Positions 58,564-64,000 of a DNA stretch of 64,000 nt are shown here, in pieces. The first letter of the stretch is position 1; each line of letters starts with the position of its first letter. Source of the DNA: an uncultured cyanobacterium. Lineage in GTDB: Bacteria > Cyanobacteriota > Cyanobacteriia > PCC-9006 > JAAUQQ01. A program made the translations under genes and the position numbers. The stretch is taken from NCBI GenBank assembly GCA_963718615.1, contig OY970368.1, positions 2,944,001 through 3,008,000 on the forward strand, in the 5' to 3' direction. The notes under the pieces are model-generated. The model was not told where the DNA came from. It ran no database searches and saw nothing but the letters and a program-made list of their open reading frames with translations.

Positions 58564-59850
58564 ATGACAGCTCATTCCTTAACCCCCTCCTTATCCCGAG
58601 ATACAATTGGCCTAAACAAAGTTTCTCAGTGCCAGTTTTGCCACACGCCACTGCAGCATACGTTTGTCGACTTAGGCATGTCTCCTTTGTGCGAAAGCTA
58701 CATCAGTGTTGATCAACTCAATCAAATGGAGCCTTTTTATCCGCTTCATGTCCGCGTATGTCATCATTGTTTCTTGGTTCAGCTAGAAGCTTATGTAAGC
58801 CCGGAAGAAATTTTTACGGAGTATGCTTATTTTTCATCCTATGCAGATACTTGGCTTAAGCATTGCCAAGCCTACACAGATATGATTATTGAGCGATTTC
58901 AGCTCGGTCAAAACAGTCAGGTGATTGAACTGGCGAGTAATGACGGTTATTTACTTCAGTACTTTATCGAACGTCAGATTCCGGTATTGGGCATTGAACC
59001 TGCTAGCAACATTGCGAAGGTGGCGATCGCCAAAAATATTCCTACACTCAACGCCTTTTTTGGTAAGACCTTAGCCCAAACCCTTGTACAGCAAGGACAA
59101 CAAGCAAATCTCATCGTCGCCAACAATGTCCTCGCCCATGTTCCTGATTTGAACGATTTTGTCGCAGGAATTAAGACACTGCTGAAACCTCAAGGGGTTG
59201 CGACCGGAGAGATTCAACATTTGTTGCGCTTAATGGCCTCTAATCAGTTTGATACGATTTACCATGAGCACTTTTGTTACCATACGTTGACAACGCTAGA
59301 AACTATCTTTTCAGCCCATGGCTTGACTCTATTTGATGTGGAAGAATTGCCGACCCATGGAGGCTCATTACGAATCTATGCGAGACATCTAGAAGATCAG
59401 TCTAAAGCCCTGAGCGATCGCCTAGTCCATCTCAAACAGCGAGAACAGGACGAGGGATTCACCTGCCTAGAACGTTACGTTAACTTTGATGAGCAGGTTC
59501 GAGAAACGAAACGTAAGCTCATTGAGTTTTTGATTCAGGCTAAACGAGCGGGGAAACGCATTGCAGGATATGGTGCTCCCGGCAAGGGTAACACACTATT
59601 AAATTACTGTGGTATTCGTACAGATTTTTTAGATTATACGGTCGATCGCAATCCTTATAAGCATGGTAAGTTTTTGCCGGGAACCCATATCCCTATTTAC
59701 GCACCTCACAAAATTCTAGAAACTAAGCCTGACTATGTCCTAATTTTGCCTTGGAATTTCAAAGAAGAAATCATGGAGCAAATGAGTTCGATTCGTACCT
59801 GGGGTGGTCAGTTTTTGGTGCCTATTCCAGAGCTTACTGTCTATTCTTAA
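58564..59850 (+). CDS. NDP-hexose C-methyltransferase (class I SAM, Zn-binding N-terminus)
   Basis: CQFC..CHHC, ASNDGY, FDTIYHEH, HGGSLR and YGAPGKGNTLLNY. Confidence 0.9.
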   Translation: MTAHSLTPSLSRDTIGLNKVSQCQFCHTPLQHTFVDLGMSPLCESYISVDQLNQMEPFYPLHVRVCHHCFLVQLEAYVSPEEIFTEYAYFSSYADTWLKHCQAYTDMIIERFQLGQNSQVIELASNDGYLLQYFIERQIPVLGIEPASNIAKVAIAKNIPTLNAFFGKTLAQTLVQQGQQANLIVANNVLAHVPDLNDFVAGIKTLLKPQGVATGEIQHLLRLMASNQFDTIYHEHFCYHTLTTLETIFSAHGLTLFDVEELPTHGGSLRIYARHLEDQSKALSDRLVHLKQREQDEGFTCLERYVNFDEQVRETKRKLIEFLIQAKRAGKRIAGYGAPGKGNTLLNYCGIRTDFLDYTVDRNPYKHGKFLPGTHIPIYAPHKILETKPDYVLILPWNFKEEIMEQMSSIRTWGGQFLVPIPELTVYS

Positions 59851-59895
59851 TGCTCAATGATTTTATTGACTCCTTTAGAAGGGAAGTAAGATTGA

Positions 59896-61254
59896 ATGAT
59901 AAAATCTATGCCTTTAACGATCAATACTTTACATCTCGATGACTCACCATCTATCGGCTTAGATCTGCACGAACTCATCACAGAGCTATATCCCATTTGC
60001 CGTAGTATTACGGGGAACGGCGTTCGAGAATCCCTTAAAATCCTCCAAAACCACATTCCTGTCAAGATGTTTGAAGTGCCAAGTGGTACACCGGTGTTTG
60101 ATTGGATTGTTCCTCAGGAATGGAACATTCGTGAGGCATATGTGAAAAATAGTCAGGGAGAAAAGATTATTGACTTTAGAAAATCTAATCTACATGTTCT
60201 AAACTACAGCATACCGATTCACCAAAAAGTGTCATTGCAGGAACTAAAAGAGCATCTCTTTAGTATTCCTGAACATCCAGAATGGATTCCCTATCGTACC
60301 TCCTATTATCGAGAGAACTGGGGCTTTTGCCTCAGCCATCATGAGCTTCAATCTTTAGAAGAAGATGAGTATGAAGTTTTTATTGATTCATCCTTAGAGA
60401 AGGGCTCGCTGACCTATGGAGAATATTATCTACCAGGACAACATCAAGACGAAATTATCCTATCTTGCCATCATTGCCATCCTTCGCTTTGCAATGATAA
60501 TTTGTCTGGAATGGCGGTTACAGCCTTTGTGGCTCGTTATTTGACTACGCTTACAGAACGGCAGTATTCTTATCGCTTCTTGTTTATTCCGGGAACCATC
60601 GGCTCTATCACCTGGCTGTGTCTTAATCAACAGAAAACTCAGTACATTAAACATGGCTTAGTAATTTCAGGCGTCGGTGATTCTGGAACGATCACCTATA
60701 AAAAAAGTCGTCGAGGCAATGCTGAAATCGATCGGGCTGCTATACAGATCTTGAAGGATACAGAGATGACCTATCAGATTGAGCAGTTTTCTCCCTATGG
60801 ATATGATGAACGGCAATATTGCTCACCAGGATTTAACTTACCCGTGGGTCGTTTTAGCCGAACTCCCTTTGGTCAATATCCTGAGTATCATACGTCCGCC
60901 GATAATCTTAATTTTGTAAAAGCTGAATCACTCGAAGCCTCTTATCTAAATATTGTAAATGTTCTTGATCTATTAGAAAACAATTTTATATACATTAATA
61001 CCCATCCTTATTGTGAACCTCAGCTAGGCAAACGGGGATTGTATGGTTCTGTGGGTGGAGAACAGGAAAAGAAAAGTCAAGAGATGGCGATTCTTTGGAT
61101 TTTAAACCTTTCGGATGGTAAGCATTCACTGCTCGATATTGCTGAGCGTTCTGGTCTAAAATTTGCACAACTTCAAGCGGCTGCTCAGACATTGTACCGC
61201 TCTGGGCTATTAATCTACTCAAATTCATCTGTTTTGGAGGAAAATTTAAAATGA
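59896..61254 (+). CDS. DUF4910 family polysaccharide-biosynthesis protein (aminopeptidase-like)
   Basis: 'PICRSITG', 'CHPSLCNDNLSG', 'DERQYCSPG', 'YHTSADN' and 'CEPQLGKRGLY'. Confidence 0.88.
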   Translation: MIKSMPLTINTLHLDDSPSIGLDLHELITELYPICRSITGNGVRESLKILQNHIPVKMFEVPSGTPVFDWIVPQEWNIREAYVKNSQGEKIIDFRKSNLHVLNYSIPIHQKVSLQELKEHLFSIPEHPEWIPYRTSYYRENWGFCLSHHELQSLEEDEYEVFIDSSLEKGSLTYGEYYLPGQHQDEIILSCHHCHPSLCNDNLSGMAVTAFVARYLTTLTERQYSYRFLFIPGTIGSITWLCLNQQKTQYIKHGLVISGVGDSGTITYKKSRRGNAEIDRAAIQILKDTEMTYQIEQFSPYGYDERQYCSPGFNLPVGRFSRTPFGQYPEYHTSADNLNFVKAESLEASYLNIVNVLDLLENNFIYINTHPYCEPQLGKRGLYGSVGGEQEKKSQEMAILWILNLSDGKHSLLDIAERSGLKFAQLQAAAQTLYRSGLLIYSNSSVLEENLK

Positions 61255-62096
61255 AAGTTGTTCTATTTTGTGGTGGCCTTGGAACAAGGCTGCGAGAATA
61301 TTCTGAAACGATTCCTAAGCCCATGGTAGAGATCGGCTATCGACCTATAATCTGGCATTTGATGCGATATTATGCATACTTTGGTCATAAGGACTTCATT
61401 CTGTGCTTAGGTTACAAAGGTGATTATATTAAGGAATATTTTCTCCATTACAATGAATGTCTCTCTAATAACTTTACGCTCTCCAAGGGCGGCAGAAGTA
61501 TTGAGCTACATTCCAGCGATATTGAGGATTGGACGATTTCATTCGTTGATACGGGTCTTCAATCTAATATTGGTCAGCGCTTGATGGCTGTAAAACCTTA
61601 TCTTAAAGATGAAGAAGTTTTTCTCGCTAACTATGCAGATGGTCTCAGCGATCTAGATCTGGATCTTTACCTTGATCATTTTGATGCACAAGATAGGGTT
61701 GCAAGTTTTCTGGCAGTACAGCCCTCCCAATCATTTCACGTTGTCTCCCTCAATGGTGAATCTCAGGTAGATAAGATCCAACCTGTTGGTGCTTCTGATC
61801 TGTGGATTAATGGAGGATTCTTTGCATTTAAGCAAGCGATATTTGACTATATTAAACCGGGTGAGGAGTTAGTTCTAGAACCTTTTCAACGATTGATTCA
61901 ACGAAAAGAGCTAATCGCCTATCGTAATCCTGGCTTTTGGGCCTGCATGGATACGTTTAAGGAGAAAATGATGCTTGATGAAATGTATGCATCAGGCAAG
62001 ACGCCTTGGGCGCTTTGGGAAAAGGAGCGTCAACTACATCGTTATCCTGGGGCAACGCTGGGTGAAACTCACCGCCAGCAGCATGCCAATGTATAG
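61251..62096 (+). CDS. rfbF: Glucose-1-phosphate cytidylyltransferase
   Basis: FCGGLGTRL, PKPMVEIG, INGGFF and FWACMDT. Confidence 0.92.
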   Translation: MKVVLFCGGLGTRLREYSETIPKPMVEIGYRPIIWHLMRYYAYFGHKDFILCLGYKGDYIKEYFLHYNECLSNNFTLSKGGRSIELHSSDIEDWTISFVDTGLQSNIGQRLMAVKPYLKDEEVFLANYADGLSDLDLDLYLDHFDAQDRVASFLAVQPSQSFHVVSLNGESQVDKIQPVGASDLWINGGFFAFKQAIFDYIKPGEELVLEPFQRLIQRKELIAYRNPGFWACMDTFKEKMMLDEMYASGKTPWALWEKERQLHRYPGATLGETHRQQHANV

Positions 62097-62131
62097 ATTT
62101 TCATTGATGCTTAGTTTCCAGCTTAGTTCCC

Positions 62132-62791
62132 ATGATTCAACTCTTGTCCTCTTCCCAAGCCCCCAGGTCTCTTCGCTGTGTGCTTTGCTTAGGAGCACAC
62201 AGTGACGATATTGAGATCGGCTGTGGAGGAACGATCCTAAAACTCATTGAACAGTTTCCTGATCTAAGTTTTTATTGGGTTGTTTTTGGGGCATCGGGTG
62301 CTCGCGAAGCAGAAGCGATCGCCAGTGCCCAAACCTTTTTGAAGGATGCTAAGCACAGTAAGGTCATCGTCAAGGAATTCCGAGATGGTTTTTTCCCTTA
62401 TTCTGGCATTGATATTAAAGAAACTTTCGAACAATTAAAACAAGAGATTTCTCCGGATTTGATTTTCACCCATTATCGTCATGATGCCCATCAAGACCAT
62501 CGCCTGATCGCAGAGCTGACCTGGAATACCTTTCGCGATCACTGGATCTTAGAATATGAAATCCCAAAATATGATGGTGATTTAGGTCAACCTAATACCT
62601 TTACTCATTTAAGTGCTTCCATTTGCGATCGCAAAATTTCGTATTTGATGCAATTTTTCTCGACCCAGAAAAATCGAACTTGGTTTGATGAAGATACTTT
62701 CTGTTCAATTATGCGATTGCGAGGCATTGAATCTAACTCACCGAGCAACTATGCGGAAGCTTTCCATTGTCGTAAGACAATTTTATTTTAA
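62132..62791 (+). CDS. PIG-L/LmbE family deacetylase-like protein
   Basis: GAHSDDIEIGCGG, HQDH and YEIPKYDGD. Confidence 0.9.
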   Translation: MIQLLSSSQAPRSLRCVLCLGAHSDDIEIGCGGTILKLIEQFPDLSFYWVVFGASGAREAEAIASAQTFLKDAKHSKVIVKEFRDGFFPYSGIDIKETFEQLKQEISPDLIFTHYRHDAHQDHRLIAELTWNTFRDHWILEYEIPKYDGDLGQPNTFTHLSASICDRKISYLMQFFSTQKNRTWFDEDTFCSIMRLRGIESNSPSNYAEAFHCRKTILF

Positions 62792-63164
62792 ATTTATTTA
62801 ACTAGACAGTGGCCGATTGACTGCCTCGGTCAGAATGAAATATCAATCCTTTGGGTGAGGCTTGACGCTGGCCTAAGGCTGCTTTCAATGCCGTCAGAAC
62901 TAGCTCGGTACGTATGTGGTCTGCCATGGACCAACCCACTACTCAACGAGAAAATAGTTTGTCATTTGAACATTCTCCTTCATTGGCGACTCATTGGGAA
63001 TGCCCACTTTCTTGGGGAAAGGTCATTTATTTTAGGCGATCGGATCAGTAAAAAATCCGGATGGCCAAAACGTACTGATGCAAAATATATCCATGGCGAG
63101 TCAGTATAACCACATAAATATGAGTTGTTTGACTCCCATGCCATAAGCGGTCTCACGGAAACCT

Positions 63165-64000
63165 ATGGATAAGCGCAGGTGCCAACTGTTAGGGCTCTAT
63201 CTCAATGTGATCAATATTTTTCTCGGTGTGCAGCCAGCCTGGAGTCAAGCTGTGCCAGATACCACGCTGGGTTCGGAACTCTCCGGGGTCAATGGTTCCG
63301 GGGTTAATGGTTTTGCAGCACAGCCGGAGCGGGAACTGGTCACGGGCGGGGCTGTGCGGGGAAAGGTTCTGTTTCATAGTTTTTCTGAATTGAATGTGGG
63401 GGAGGGGCGATCGCTCTATTTCACCCACCCCAGCGGCATCAGCCAAATCTTCAGCCGCGTTACCGGCAGCAGTCCGTCCAAGATCAACGGCACCCTCGGC
63501 GTTCTCGGCAATGCTGATCTGTATTTGCTCAACCCCAATGGGGTGTTATTTGGGCCGAATGCGCGGTTGGATTTGAGCGGGAGTTTTACCGCAACGACGG
63601 CGACGAGTGTGAAGATCGGAGGACTGGAGTTTAGTGCGGTTTCTCCCTCGGCCCCGCCATTCCCGCCATTGTTGAATCTGTCGGTGCAGCCAGGGTTGCA
63701 GTGGGGGGCTGTGGCGAGTGATTCACGCCTTCAAAATCAAGGCTCCTTGGCCGTAGAAGCGGGGCGATCGCTCTCCTTCATGGCGGGGCAAATCGATCAG
63801 ACGGGAACAATCCTGGCACCGGGCGGAACGGTGACGTTGCAGGGTGAAACCTTTAGCTTAACGGGGAGCATTGATACCCGAGATAGCCTAGGAAAAGCGG
63901 GAGCGTTGCGACTGATTTCGCCTCTGGATTTGCAGATTAAACCGACGGGACCGCTGACGAATGGGGCGATCGCCCAAGCCCTTCTGAGCAATAGTGTGGT
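63165..64000 (+). CDS. Filamentous-haemagglutinin (TPS) N-terminal domain protein, runs off the window (not in ORF track)
   Basis: Manual translation: MDKRRCQLL...PDTTLG...LFHSFSELNV...IFSRVTG...LYLLNPNGVLFGPNARLDLSGSF. Confidence 0.9.
   Translation, partial: MDKRRCQLLGLYLNVINIFLGVQPAWSQAVPDTTLGSELSGVNGSGVNGFAAQPERELVTGGAVRGKVLFHSFSELNVGEGRSLYFTHPSGISQIFSRVTGSSPSKINGTLGVLGNADLYLLNPNGVLFGPNARLDLSGSFTATTATSVKIGGLEFSAVSPSAPPFPPLLNLSVQPGLQWGAVASDSRLQNQGSLAVEAGRSLSFMAGQIDQTGTILAPGGTVTLQGETFSLTGSIDTRDSLGKAGALRLISPLDLQIKPTGPLTNGAIAQALLSNSV

Overview
Cyanobacterial chromosomal window (dense HIP1 GCGATCGC octamers, photosynthesis and tetrapyrrole genes). About 1-46 kb is mostly core genes: thiC, psbK, gpsA, cofH, rbp, a Ni/Co import-export island, crcB, a psb34-like gene, a low-oxygen tetrapyrrole cluster (acsF divergent from ho-hemN-desaturase-radical SAM), chlB, mutL, dprA, gcvH, ggt, an RND permease, argF-lexA, a UvrD-like helicase, tatA, pcyA and ppk2. 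About 46.7-62.8 kb is an accessory, visibly more AT-rich island. It holds five small double-glycine-leader (EbfG-like) proteins, a PEP-CTERM protein, a parvulin PPIase, a TPR-GT41 glycosyltransferase, an SDR-TPR-GT2-GT2 fusion and a CDP-sugar/C-methyltransferase pathway, with a shared promoter motif TGCCA-N3-TGGCA-N22-TAnnnT. The two best leads are: (1) a LexA-boxed gene near argF-lexA with an in-phase G_GGA_AAG slippery site whose -1 frame adds a transmembrane anchor, and (2) the island as a candidate glycosylated secreted fibre/RiPP system. All calls come from reading the sequence; no database searches were run.
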